43,135 bases of DNA. It comes from Octopus bimaculoides. Its lineage: Eukaryota. Shown in pieces: positions 18,045-29,819 of the stretch; the first letter of the stretch is position 1, and each line of letters opens with the position of its first letter. A program made the position numbers and the translations under genes. The notes under the pieces were generated by a model. That model made no database searches and was not told the DNA's origin. It worked only from the letters and a program-made list of their open reading frames with translations. The stretch is from positions 20,420,411 through 20,463,545 of the forward strand of contig NC_069007.1 of the NCBI RefSeq assembly GCF_001194135.2. Reading direction: 5' to 3'.

Positions 18045-19439
18045 GAAATGCATTCTTTGTAACTCTTAGTCTACTGACTTGTATTCACCGAAGATTTATC
18101 ATTGTGAATTATGTTGGAATTGTTTCTCTTTGAGATCTTGTATTGCAGTTTAAAATGTATTTTGATATGCGAGAAACTCTTTTACAAACACAGTTGGGAA
18201 TTATAAACTTGTGTATGAAAAGATACGGAGGAAGTAAAAGTGTTATTCTAAATATGTAAACCTGGTATTTTCTGTTTTACTTTTCTTGTCCACCAATGCA
18301 TCCTGGAAAAAAGAAATCATTTCTTCAGTTCTTTTGAAGTTGGCGTGAATTGGAAGTATTGATGTGCACGTTTTTGTGTGAGAGAGGGAGAGTGTGTGTG
18401 TGTAGGTGTGTGAGGCAGAATGTGAAGTGCATTTGTTAGTGTGAAGAGAGAGAGAGAGAGAGAGAGAGAGTAATGTTGCTGGTGTGTGTGAGAGAGAAAG
18501 ATAACTGAATTTTTTTATTCACTTTTTGTAGTGAGGGATCTTTTTGGTTTGACGGGCAACATTTTTTTATGTAGTGTTTTTGGTACCGAAACACTTTCAA
18601 ACTTCGTATACTTGTATATTTTGTGGTATAGAACAGATAAAAGATTTTGTATTCGAAGTTATTTCACGTTAANNNNNNNNNNNNNNNNNNNNNNNNNNNN
18701 NNNNNNNNNNNNNNNNNNNNNNNNNNNNNNNNNNNNNNNNNNNNNNNNNNNNNNNNNNNNNNNNNNNNNNNNNNNNNNNNNNNNNNNNNNNNNNNNNNNN
18801 NNNNNNNNNNNNNNNNNNNNNNNNNNNNNNNNNNNNNNNNNNNNNNNNNNNNNNNNNNNNNNNNNNNNNNNNNNNNNNNNNNNNNNNNNNNNNNNNNNNN
18901 NNNNNNNNNNNNNNNNNNNNNNNNNNNNNNNNNNNNNNNNNNNNNNNNNNNNNNNNNNNNNNNNNNNNNNNNNNNNNNNNNNNNNNNNNNNNNNNNNNNN
19001 NNNNNNNNNNNNNNNNNNNNNNNNNNNNNNNNNNNNNNNNNNNNNNNNNNNNNNNNNNNNNNNNNNNNATAGCAACCGAAATGTTTTTAAATCAGATCCC
19101 AATACTGGATGGTTTTCGTTGCTATTTCTAGCAGTTCTACAACGATGTAACCGGTTAGATACCTTTTTGTATTTCTCACTGGTGCTTTACCTGCTAGGAA
19201 TAGCAACCGAAATGTTTTTAAATCAGATCCCAATACTGGATGGTTTTCGTTGCTATTTCTAGCAGTTCTACAACGATGTAACCGCTTGTTAATTATAAGC
19301 ACACACACACTTAAGACTAAATAAATTTTAGAATATAGTTCATAAATATGATAAAGAAGTTCTCGTATAGAGCCGTCACTTTGTATAAGAACTCTATTCA
19401 CATTTTCTGATGATGCGACGTTATATAGCGATAGATCTT

Positions 19440-19685
19440 AGATTTACCAACGGCTTGAAAACTGTTTCTGCCTGTATTAAATTATGTCAGGGACATTTCA
19501 GTCACATCACCGGTAGTATCATTGAGGCGAGAGAAAACTCATCAACGGTCGACTTATTAAATGTCAGGTAATTTAATTATATTATGTGTAGTAATTAACT
19601 CAGGAACATTAATGTTTTTAGATAGCTTAAAGCAACCGATATGATGTATCAAACTCGGCGTTCGATCCCCGAGATGATTAAATAT
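19440..19685 (+). promoter_or_regulatory. Conserved 5' module of ZE (upstream palindrome segment missing)
   Basis: TATTAAA 19475; donor 19567/19568; acceptor 20533/20534. Confidence 0.62.
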
Positions 19686-19821
19686 TTCCTTTTCATTATA
19701 AATACATTACATCGTTAATTGATTGTTCCTTAATTGATAACAGTGTCTCCAATTAAAGTATTTTAATATTCTCCTTATTGTGTCTTGTGAGATGTGTGAT
19801 CTCCCGGTGCGTAGTGTGTGT

Positions 19822-19857
<36 letters not shown>

Positions 19858-20928
19858 ATATTGCTGCTGTGTGTGTGTGAGAGAGAGAGATAAGTGAAAT
19901 GTTTTATTCACTTTTTGTAGTGAGTGATTGACAGAGAAAGAGAGAGAGAGAAACAGGTTATGTATGTATGGCTTCAGTGAAACACGCACGCAGTTTATGT
20001 ATGTATGCATGTATGTATGAATGTTTAAAATTATAATTTAGGGTATCTAAGAGACACCACCACGCTGAAAATAGCAGTCAAAACTTGACTCTAAAACCAC
20101 AATAAATGTTCATATAGCACCAGGAGAGAAGACAAAGAGACAAAATAAACTAGCAAAAATTACTGGATAATTCCAGATCCCGGATTTCTGGTTTTGCATA
20201 AGAAATGCTTTGCCTCATCAGTGGAATATACACAGAAAACCTTTTCTGTGTATATTCCATTGATGAGGCAAAACCCTTTGCTTTCCCTTGGATAACATCT
20301 GTTGTGTGTAGAGGTGAGACTGGTATGCACGGGTGGCTGTTTGTCTTCCATAAACAACCTTGCCTGGACTTATATCTCGGAGGGTAACTTTCTAAGTGCA
20401 GTCTCATGGTCACTTGTAACCAAAGAGGTCTTTACACTTTACTAAGTGTGTGTGAACAATTGTTATTTATTCAGACTTGATATACTTTGACCAACATTTG
20501 TCTTATACAGTCATATATTTTTCTCCTTTTCAGTTGTGCTGAAGGTTCCATTACAAACTGTCATATGAAAATACCAATTCCACCAGAATATTTGCTACCA
20601 GTTATTTATGGATACCCTTTTTCTCTNNNNNNNNNNNNNNNNNNNNNNNNNNNNNNNNNNNNNNNNNNNNNNNNNNNNNNNNNNNNNNNNNNNNNNNNNN
20701 NNNNNNNNNNNNNNNNNNNNNNNNNNNNNNNNNNNNNNNNNNNNNNNNNNNNNNNNNNNNNNNNNNNNNNNNNNNNNNNNNTAAGTGTCCTGCAGAAATA
20801 AATCTATGTTGCATATTTTCTCCTCCTGTAAACAAAGTCCATTGAGATGGATATCATAAGACAAGAAATTGAACCGTAATAGATTATATCCACAGACATC
20901 AGTTTTCATGAATTCCACTGGTGTTGAT

Positions 20929-22245
20929 ATGGAGGATGGTAATCACTCAGGCACTTCTAATACAATTGTTTCTGATGATACAGATTCTGTTAAACAGACA
21001 TCCAACGTGAGGAAACCATTATCTCATAAAGAAGGGTTGTCAAAGAAAAATATTAATTGTGAAATATGTGGAAAATCTTTTGCGAATTCCAGTAATTTAA
21101 TAAAACACAAAAGATTACACACTGGGGAAAAACCATTTCAGTGTGAGATTTGTGGTAAATCATTCAATCAGAAATACCAACTTATTGTCCACAAACGGAG
21201 TCACACTGGAGAAAAACCCTATCACTGTGATATATGTGGAAAATCATTTGTTGATTCCACTAATTTAACAAGTCACAAACGAACACATACTGGAGAAAGA
21301 TCTTTTGTCTGTCAAATATGTGGAAAATCATATACACATAATTCTCGCCTTGTTGACCATGTACGAAGTCACACAGGAGAAAAGCCTTTCCACTGTGAAA
21401 TATGTGGAAAATCATTTGTCACTAATAGTTCTTTGAGCAGTCACAGCAAAATTCACACTGGAGAGAAACCATATCAGTGCGTTATATGTGGGAAATCTTT
21501 TATTAATAATAGTGCCTTAAAAATTCACAAAAGAATTCACACTGGGGAGAGACCTTACTGCTGTGATATATGTGGAAAATCTTTTCTCAATAGTGGTTGT
21601 TTATCAAATCACAAAAGAATTCACACCGGAGAAAAGCCTCATCACTGTGAACTATGTGGGAAATCCTTCATTGATAGCTCAAAACTTGTTATCCACGTGC
21701 ATAGTCACACTGGAGAAAAGCCTCACCGCTGTGAAATATGTGGAAAATCATTTATTAGGAATTCTTGTCTTGTAGTTCACAAAAGGGTACACACTGGAGA
21801 GAAGCCTTATTATTGTGAGATATGTGGAAAATCGTTTATTAATATCTCAAATCTCATTGTTCACAGAAGAATACATACAGGAGAAAAACCATTCCCTTGT
21901 GAAATATGTGGGAAATCTTTCTGTTCTGGCAGTGATTTAAAAAGACACACTATTGTACACACTGAGGAAAAAGAATTTCACTGCGAAATATGTGGGAAAT
22001 CTTACTTTAATAATTGTGGTTTAAATAGACACAAAAGAATTCATGATGGAGAAAAAACATTTAACTGTGAAATTTGTGGGAAATCTTTCTTCTATAATTG
22101 TAGTCTTAAAGTCCATATTCGTAGCCACACTGGAGAAAGGCCTTGTTCCTGTGAAATATGTGGTAAATCATTTATTTGTAAAAGTCACTTGAATAGCCAC
22201 GTTCGAACACACAGGAAAGGAAAACCTTTGAATTGTGATTCATGA
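20929..22245 (+). CDS. C2H2 zinc-finger protein ZE, 14 fingers
   Basis: ORF 20869..22245; MEDGN ATG at 20929, with an in-frame ATG at 20908; 14 fingers. Confidence 0.95.
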   Translation: MEDGNHSGTSNTIVSDDTDSVKQTSNVRKPLSHKEGLSKKNINCEICGKSFANSSNLIKHKRLHTGEKPFQCEICGKSFNQKYQLIVHKRSHTGEKPYHCDICGKSFVDSTNLTSHKRTHTGERSFVCQICGKSYTHNSRLVDHVRSHTGEKPFHCEICGKSFVTNSSLSSHSKIHTGEKPYQCVICGKSFINNSALKIHKRIHTGERPYCCDICGKSFLNSGCLSNHKRIHTGEKPHHCELCGKSFIDSSKLVIHVHSHTGEKPHRCEICGKSFIRNSCLVVHKRVHTGEKPYYCEICGKSFINISNLIVHRRIHTGEKPFPCEICGKSFCSGSDLKRHTIVHTEEKEFHCEICGKSYFNNCGLNRHKRIHDGEKTFNCEICGKSFFYNCSLKVHIRSHTGERPCSCEICGKSFICKSHLNSHVRTHRKGKPLNCDS

Positions 22246-22729
22246 GAAATACTTTGTTTGTAATTCTTAGTCTACTGACATGTATTCACCGAAGATTGAT
22301 CATTGTGAATTATAGAAGGCTGGAGATTATCTCAGCTAACAACAAACAAGATGAGGACAAATATCCGTCAAATGTAAATAATGGTGAATTATGTTGGAAT
22401 TGTTTCTCTTTGAAATCTTGTATTGCAGTTTTGAATGTGCTTTGATATGTGAGACACTCTTTTAGAAACAGACTTGAAAATTATAAACTTGTGTATGAAA
22501 AGATACAGAGCAAATATAAATGTTATTCTGGTATTTTCTGTTTTACTTTTCTTGTCCACTAATGCATTCTGGGAAAAAAAAATCATTTCTTCAGTGTTAT
22601 TTATTTATAATGATTTCTTACAGAGACACTTTTATGAAACATGATTCGAAAACCCAAACGTAAAATTATATTGACATGAAATTCCTTGAAAATTATTCCC
22701 ATAAAAGAAACAAATATATATTTCCTCAG

Positions 22730-23345
22730 AGTAAATGGTTTGGGCATACTTCTTGCAGAGAAATGGGTGAATAAGGTCATAGAGGTAGCTAGAGTTTGCA
22801 ATAGACTACTTAAGCTCAGGTTAATTTTGCAGAATGGTATAGCTACAATTATATCTTCCTACACCCAACAAGCAGACCTACCAAATGGACAGAAGGACCA
22901 CTTTTATGATATCCTTCTGCAGGCTACCTCAAAGACATAATAGGTATCAAATTGTTGGATCAGGTGATGAAAGTTACGGAGAGTCATAACCCAACTAATT
23001 AGGTAGAGAGTTAGTCTAGATGAGATGCAGTTTGGGTTTGTGCCAGAGAGAAGGGCTACTGGTGCTATATTTCTGGTAAGGCAACTGTAGGAGAGATACT
23101 TAGCCAAAGATGCTTGGCTTTTGACAGGGTCCCCGATCCCTTATCTGGTGGTCAATGCAGAAACTAGGGATAGATGAGTGGTTGGTGAGAGCTGTACAAG
23201 CCTTGTACAGGGACGCTACCAGTAAGGTAGATGGCCAGACATGATTGAGGAAGATTTCCAGAGGCTTAACATCACCTTGGAGGATACAGAGGAGCTGGCA
23301 CAGGACTGCCAGCGATGGAGAGCTCTAGTAGACCTTGTCAGCACT
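22730..23345 (+). mobile_element. Decayed, internally deleted RTE-clade LINE (AP-endonuclease and RT fragments)
   Basis: GLGILLAEKWVNKVIEVARVCNRLLKLRLILQNGIATIISSY resembles APE. It is followed by IKLLDQVMKV...DEMQFGFVP...AIFLVRQL...AFDRVPRSLIWWSMQKLGIDEWLVRAVQALY, which resembles RT, with stops and frameshifts. Confidence 0.85.
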
Positions 23346-23462
23346 ATGTATGATGATGCTTCTGGGACAACTAACTTGGAGTGACCCCAGCCCCATCAAG
23401 CAAGAGTATGAAGCCAAACCAAGCCATATATGTGTGTGTGTATATATATATATATATCATCA

Positions 23463-23815
23463 CCATCATCATCATCGTTTAACGTCCGCTTTCCATGCTA
23501 GCATGGGTTGGACGATTTGACTGAGGACTGGTGAACCAGATGGCTACACCAGGCTCCAATCTGATTTGGCAGAGTTTCTAGATGCCCTTCCTAACGCCAA
23601 CCACTCCGAGAGTGTAGTGAGTGTTTTTACGTGCCACCAACACGAAGGCCAGTCAGGCGGTACTGGCAACGGCCACGCTCAAAATGGTGTATTTTACGTG
23701 CCACCTGCACAGGAACCAGTCCAGCGGCACTGGCAACGATTTCGCTCGAACGTCTTTACACGTGCCAGGCAGGCGACGCTGGGCATAGGTGCCATCACGA
23801 TTTCGCTTTCGCTTG
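23463..23815 (-). mobile_element. SINE-like repeat (AGGAAGGGCATC family) with (CAT)n tail
   Basis: Reverse complement of 1272-1434 plus the tandem subunits. Confidence 0.75.
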
Positions 23816-24644
23816 CCCCAACAGGTCTTATATATTTCAATAATAATAAAAGGGTAAAATTAATTAAATAATTAATAATTCTACCAAGTAGTTTGGTATG
23901 TTAAAATAACCTTTATAGGTAAAATTATACAAATATTCTATAATTATAAACATAATTATCATCAGGAGTCAGCTAAATAGCGAAAGTAAAGAATACGTAC
24001 ACCCGGTGGTCAGGGTTTTTTGTTATGCCGAAAACGGGTGGTGTACGTATTCTTTACCTCCGCCAATATAAAGAAAATAACAAGAAGAAGAATGTTAGAC
24101 TCCAGCTAAGAAGATCTGAAGAAGGAATTGTAATTCCGAAATATCATCGGACTATAGATAACCAAATTTCAACAGGTATATAGTCCATTTATTGTTTTAT
24201 AGTGCATTGTTGTACCATTCTAAACTTTTTTATTCTTTATAACAACAATAATAATCTTTTCTTTATTGGTTACAAAGACCGAACACACAACGAAAAGGAT
24301 AATAAAAAAACGAGGGACGAGTTGGTTCTAACACAAAAACACACATAAACAATAAAATAATAACAGTTAACAATAAAATTTAATACACAGTGTAATTATG
24401 TTAAGATTAAATAAAGAGCCTATCGCATAAAACCCGACAATATATGTACTTTCTCAACATAGCGTGCTTAGAATGTTAAGTAAAATGGAAGGGACAAAGT
24501 ACATTTCGAAAGTTCTCTTTTTTTTTTGTTTTTTGCACAGACGGAATGTCCAATAGTCAAAATATAAGAATCCAAATCCAATTTAAATAAGGTAAACAAG
24601 TTAGTGGTGAATGCATGTTTCACCATATTTTGTTAAAAGTTTCT

Positions 24645-25056
24645 TACTCGTTTCAGAAATGCTAAGTTAATTTTTTTGTATTCGTCATTTTCACATGTTC
24701 CCACTTTGAATTTTCCCTGTTTTCTCTATATTTACCAGCAATATTTATTTAAACGACGATAACTATTTGGTTGAATAATGTATTTTTGATTTATACCATA
24801 GACAGGATATAGATCAAAGAATAAGGGTGTTACCGACTGTATTAAATTATGTTAGGGACATTTAATTTATATCACCGGTAGTATCATTCAAACGACAGAA
24901 AAATCAATAACAACCCGGCCAACAGAGTATATTTCAGGTAATTTAATTATATTATGTGTAGTAATTAAGGTGAACGTTGATGTTTATAAATAGCAACTTA
25001 AAGCGACCGATTTGATGTATCGAAGTCGGTGTTCCATCACCTGGATGATTAAATAT
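24645..25056 (+). promoter_or_regulatory. Conserved 5' module of ZF (diverged)
   Basis: TCGTTTCAGAAATGCTAAGTTAATTT near 24650; TATTAAATTATGTTAGGGACATTT 24840; donor 24937/24938; acceptor 26034/26035. Confidence 0.62.
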
Positions 25057-26118
25057 ATATTTTTTTCATCACAAACGACGCTACATCGTTAATTGGTTAA
25101 TTTTATTTATACTTAAATATATACATAAGAGTTAGAAGAGAAAAAAAAATTAATAATTCACCAGCTTAGGTTGAAAATTTTGGGGCGCTGGGAAACCTCT
25201 CTAATGACTTTTGGTGCACGCGTGCAGCCATGGCAAGACTAATGCGCTGGAACAACCAAGCGCCGTCACGAACTTCATTGGTTGTTCTCCGCTTTACAGA
25301 ACTGCTGAAACATATTTTAATAATCAAATGTGTCATCGGCTTCTTAACTTTTCACGTTATATTTAAATCTAAAATGCGTATTATTTGTATTGCCATCACA
25401 ACAGACATTGTAAACTTTTATACCATATGTTAACAATCTTCATCATTACTCATCATCATTATTTAATGTCCGTTTTCCATGCTGACATGGGTTGGACGGT
25501 TTGTCAGGAGCTGGTTTCACTGTCTGTCTTGGCAGGGTTTTTACAGCTGGATGCCCTTCCTAACACCAACCGCCCAGCGGAGTGAACTGAGTGCTTTTTA
25601 CGTGGCACCAGCACCGGCGAAGTGTGTTTTGGCATAGATCTTATAGCTGGATGCCCTTCCAAACATCAAACACTTTTCACTGTGGACAGGATGCTTTTTT
25701 TATGTGGCATGTCACCAAGTAACTTGCAAGACAAAGACCCTTTGAGAAGGGAGTCGGAATTGGAGGAGGTGATCCTGTGCCAGGTGATGAAAAGTTAGAG
25801 TGTGACAGAGAGACAGGAAGAGGTGTCTTGCTGTAAAGGAGAGACATGGTTATCCCGTCAGAGTGAGAAAGCAAGAGAGAGTGAGAGTGCAAAAGAAAGG
25901 AAGGGTGAGTGAGAGAGAGAAAGATGGTGACGATGTGCCAGGGCATATCTTTGTGTGTTTATGCATATTATATATACGCACATTTCCTTTCTCCAACATC
26001 TATCTTACACAGTCATATATTTTCTTCCTTTCAGTTGTGCTGAATGTTCCATTACAACCTGTCATACGAAAATACTAACTTCACCAGAACATCTGCTACC
26101 AATCATTTATGGACATTT

Positions 26119-26152
<34 letters not shown>

Positions 26153-26479
26153 TCTTGCAGTTTACAGCCTTCACAACTCCCATTAACTCTATCCACAATA
26201 ATTAACATAGGGTGCTACTTTGGTATGCGATTTGCCAAATAATTGGCTGTGTAGATCACATACCAAAGTGGTACCTAACATAGATATAAAAGTCGTTCTG
26301 TCTACAGTATGGGTACCACTTGGAAATGTCTCAACCAGCAACAAATACTCTAAGTGTTGTGTAGAAAATATATCTGCATTGCATATTTCCTACATGTGTA
26401 AACAGAGTTCCATGAGATGGATATCATAAGACAGGAAATTGAACCATAATAGACTATATCCACAGACATCAGTTTTAAT

Positions 26480-27619
26480 ATGGAGAACGGTAATCTGTCA
26501 GACATTTCTAACAAAACTGTTTCTGACAATATAGATTCAGTTAAACAGACATCCGGTAGTGAGAAACCACTGTCTCATAAACGAAGTTCATTACAGAAAA
26601 ATATTCATTGTGAAATTTGTGGGAAATTATATACTTACAAGTCTCAACTTATTGTCCATAAACGTAGTCACACTGGAGAAAAGCCATCTCACTGTGACAC
26701 CTGTGGAAAATCGTTTGTGAATAATAGTTCACTGACGAATCACAAAAAAATTCACAATGGAGAAAAGCAATACCACTTTGAAATATATGGGAACTCAGTT
26801 GTCAACAATGGTTATTTAAGAATCCATAAAAGAAAACACTTTGACAAAAAACTGTTTCACTGTGAAATATGTAGAAAATCTTTCATGAACATTGCTAAAC
26901 TTGTTACTCATAGACGTCTTCACAGTGGAGAAGAAACGTACTGCTGTGACATATGTGGAAAATCATTCATTAGCAATTCTCGTTTTGTAGGTCACCAACG
27001 AAAACACACGGGAGAAAACCCCTTTCACTGCAAAATCTGTGGTAAATATTTCATTAATAATTCCCATCTTGTTGCTCACAAAACAGTACACACTGGAGAA
27101 AAACCATTCCACTGTGAAATATGTGGGAAATATTTCTCCTGTAGGAGTAATTTAAGAAGGCACAATATAATACACACTGGGAAAAAAGAATTCAAATGTG
27201 AGATATGTGGGAATTCTTTTTTTTATAAATCACTTCTTGTTGGTCATGAAAAAGTGCATACTGGAGACAAACCCTCTCATTGTGATATATGTGGGAAATA
27301 TTTCTATTCTAGCAGTAATTTAAGAAGACACAAAATAATACACACTGAGAAAAAAGAATTCCACTGTGAAATATGTGGGAAATCTTATTTTAATAATTGT
27401 GACTTAAAAAGACATAAAAGAATTCATAATGGTGAAAAAACATTTCACTGTGAAATTTGTGGGAAATCCTTCTTCGATAATTCTAACCTTATTGTTCACA
27501 TCCGTAGTCACACTGGAGAAAGGCCCTATCATTGTGACGTATGTGATAAATCATTTATCTGTAAAAGTCATTTGAATTGTCACAAACGAACACACACCAC
27601 AAAGACAATATCATTGTGA
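26480..27619 (+). CDS. C2H2 zinc-finger protein ZF, 12 finger units (unit 3 degenerate)
   Basis: Intact ORF starting MENGN; the third unit reads FEIYG in place of CEICG. Confidence 0.93.
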   Translation: MENGNLSDISNKTVSDNIDSVKQTSGSEKPLSHKRSSLQKNIHCEICGKLYTYKSQLIVHKRSHTGEKPSHCDTCGKSFVNNSSLTNHKKIHNGEKQYHFEIYGNSVVNNGYLRIHKRKHFDKKLFHCEICRKSFMNIAKLVTHRRLHSGEETYCCDICGKSFISNSRFVGHQRKHTGENPFHCKICGKYFINNSHLVAHKTVHTGEKPFHCEICGKYFSCRSNLRRHNIIHTGKKEFKCEICGNSFFYKSLLVGHEKVHTGDKPSHCDICGKYFYSSSNLRRHKIIHTEKKEFHCEICGKSYFNNCDLKRHKRIHNGEKTFHCEICGKSFFDNSNLIVHIRSHTGERPYHCDVCDKSFICKSHLNCHKRTHTTKTISL

Positions 27620-27950
27620 CATATGTGATAAATCATTTATCTGTAAAAGTCATTTGAATTGTCACAAACGAACACACACCACAAAGACAATGTCATTGAG
27701 ATGATTTGTTGGAATGCTTTTCTCTACAAATAAAGGTAAAAACAGAATAAATTGCTGTAAAATCTTATCAAGTAATTTCTAATAAAATATTCACATTTCA
27801 GAAAACTGAAATTTTATTTCATAAACAACTTAGAAAAATTTAAATTATAATCACATTGTATATTTCGGAGTGTCCAAGAACAAACGATCCTCAAGAGTGA
27901 ACCGCAACACAATGTTGTTTATTAAAATTGTCTTAATACAGGGCTTAGAC

Positions 27951-28100
27951 CAGTGGTTCTCAATCAGGATTCATCTGGCCCCTGGGGGGGTCCATATGAC
28001 CCTTATAGGTCCATATAAGATTTTGTTTGTTAAAAATTGTGTGCAATAAATCAGTTTTACTTCTACAATACACAAAATATTTTAATTTCTTTTATACAAT
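27951..28100. mobile_element. hAT-like MITE, left part, interrupted by a SINE
   Basis: Begins CAGTGGTTCTCAA, similar to the CAGGGGTTTTCAA TIR at 37367; internal GGGGGTCCAT motif shared with it. Confidence 0.55.
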
Positions 28101-28103
28101 TCC

Positions 28104-28470
28104 TGGCCCAGTGGTTAGGGCAGTGGACTCGCGGTTTCGATTCCCAGACCGGGCGTTGTGAGTCTTTATTGAGCGAAAACACCTAAAGCTCCATGAGGCT
28201 CCGGCAGGGGATGGTGGCGAACCCTGCTGTACTCTTCCACCACAACTTTCTCTCGCTCTTACTTCCTGTTTCTGTTGTGCCTGTAATTCAAAGGGTCAGC
28301 CTTGTCACACTGTGTCACGCTGAATCTCCCCCAAGAACTACGTTAAGGGTACACGTGTCTGTGGAGTGCTCAGCCACTTGCACGTTAATTTCATGAGCAG
28401 GCTGTTCAGTTGATGAGATCAACTGGAACCCTTGATGTCGTAAGCGACGGAGTGCCAACAACAAGCAACA
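28104..28470 (+). mobile_element. Near full-length tRNA-derived SINE
   Basis: A-box-like TGGCCCAGTGG, B-box-like GGTTTCGATTCC, (CAA)n tail, TTCCT repeated on both flanks. Confidence 0.75.
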
Positions 28471-28488
28471 CTTCCTAATATTTCATTA

Positions 28489-28646
28489 TATTGGGTTGGT
28501 GCATAATTATTGCTGCTTTTTTTCAACAAATTTTATTCCACAAAAACAATAACAACATGTAACAAAAACATCTTTAAATGGTTATTCCGGAGCATAGTCA
28601 CCATCTACTTCAATTACTGTTTCCCATTTGCTTGGCAGACGGTCAG
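28489..28646 (-). mobile_element. Mariner transposon 3' end (TIR plus transposase C-terminus)
   Basis: TA-TTGGGTTGGTGCATAATTATTGC resembles Hsmar1-type TIRs; the minus strand encodes DRLPSKWETVIEVDGDYAPE*, similar to the mariner C-terminus. Confidence 0.75.
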
Positions 28647-28904
28647 ACCGTCATTTAAAGATGTTTTTGTTAAATATTGTTATTGTTTTTCTTGGTTGGC
28701 CAGAGGCTATAACAGAAGACACTTGCCCAAGGTGTCACACAAGGAGACTGAACCTGGAATCATGTGGTTGGGAAGCAAACTTCTTACCATACAACAACGA
28801 TGTTATGGTAAATATCGAAAGTGGACTGAGGAATGAGATAGAAATAAGAGGCAGCTTAGAGACATTTTTAAAGGGGTATTATTAAAAAGTGTTAAATATA
28901 TTGG

Positions 28905-29095
28905 TTTCAGATTTTTGCACAAGGCCGGCAATTTTAGAGGAGAAGGTGAGTTGATTACATTGACCCCAGTATGCAACTGGTACTTATGTTATCAACCCCA
29001 AAAGGATGAAAGGCAACATTTGAACTCAGAACACGAAGCTGGATGAAATGCCATGAAGCAGTTTGCTTGGAATGGTAATGATTTTGCCAGCTTGT
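28905..29095 (-). mobile_element. tRNA-derived SINE (family of 7390-7475)
   Basis: Reverse complement: ...GTTCTGAGTTCAAATG TTGCCTTTCATCCTTTTGGGGTTGATAACATAAGTACCAG... Confidence 0.7.
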
Positions 29096-29461
29096 CATAA
29101 TTTAACAGCTTGGCAAAAGAGACTGATAGAATAAGAACCAGGCTTCAAAAGAAAAAAGTCCTAGGGTTGATTCATTAGACTAAAAAATCTGCAAGGCGGT
29201 GCCCCAGGATGGCCACAGTCTAATGATTGAAACAAAGAAGTACTATAACTGCTTTCACTAAAATTAAGCTACTGGAATGTTCTAACTACCTGAGAGAAAT
29301 GAGAACCAATGTCTTCAAGGTTTGTGTAAATTATGTATGGAGATAATTTTATTAAATAATATTTTGTTACAGAAATTATTTTGAAAATATCATTAACAAA
29401 TTTTTATTTAAAATTTTATAAGATGTTTTTATGAAACAATTGAATTTACACTTCAACTTAA

Positions 29462-29770
29462 AAGTCTCTTGGATACCACTTGGTAACTGCACAAGTCCAT
29501 CTTGCAACATGTCCAGCCCAGTGGAACTTGTGCTTTTGGTATTCTGCGATCACATCATTCACTCTGCTCCGTTCTCGAATTATCTCATTTCAAACGTGCT
29601 CTCTTAATCCTAACATGGATCTTTACATGGCCTTTTGCATTTGACCCAATCAATGTCCTGTCCTCTTCACAGTAGCCCATGTCTCACTTGCATATAAGAG
29701 CATAGGAACGATGATGCTATTGAAGAGTCTGACACTTATGGCATTGTCTAGCTCTGTTTGGAGTACATTC
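29462..29770 (-). mobile_element. RTE-clade LINE 3' fragment, decayed
   Basis: Minus strand reads RLFNSIIVPMLLYASETW...NEIIRERSRVNDVIAEYQKHKFHWAGHVAR...WYPRD, a typical RTE post-RT region, with stops. Confidence 0.8.
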
Positions 29771-29819
29771 TTTATTGAGTTAAATATAATACTGTTTCTT
29801 CACATAGTTTTGAATTAAA

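Larger units (their letters stand above)
5400..22620 (+). repeat. Four tandem ~4-4.5 kb segmental duplicates carrying ZB-ZE
   Basis: ATGs at 8234, 12783, 16812 and 20929 (spacing 4549, 4029, 4117); upstream, intronic and 3' flanks are shared. Confidence 0.85.

Noticed and set aside
26777-26791. RNA editing restoring the dead finger in ZF (TAT>TGT)
   Set aside because: Editing could restore only the second Cys; the first is TTT and cannot be repaired by A-to-I.
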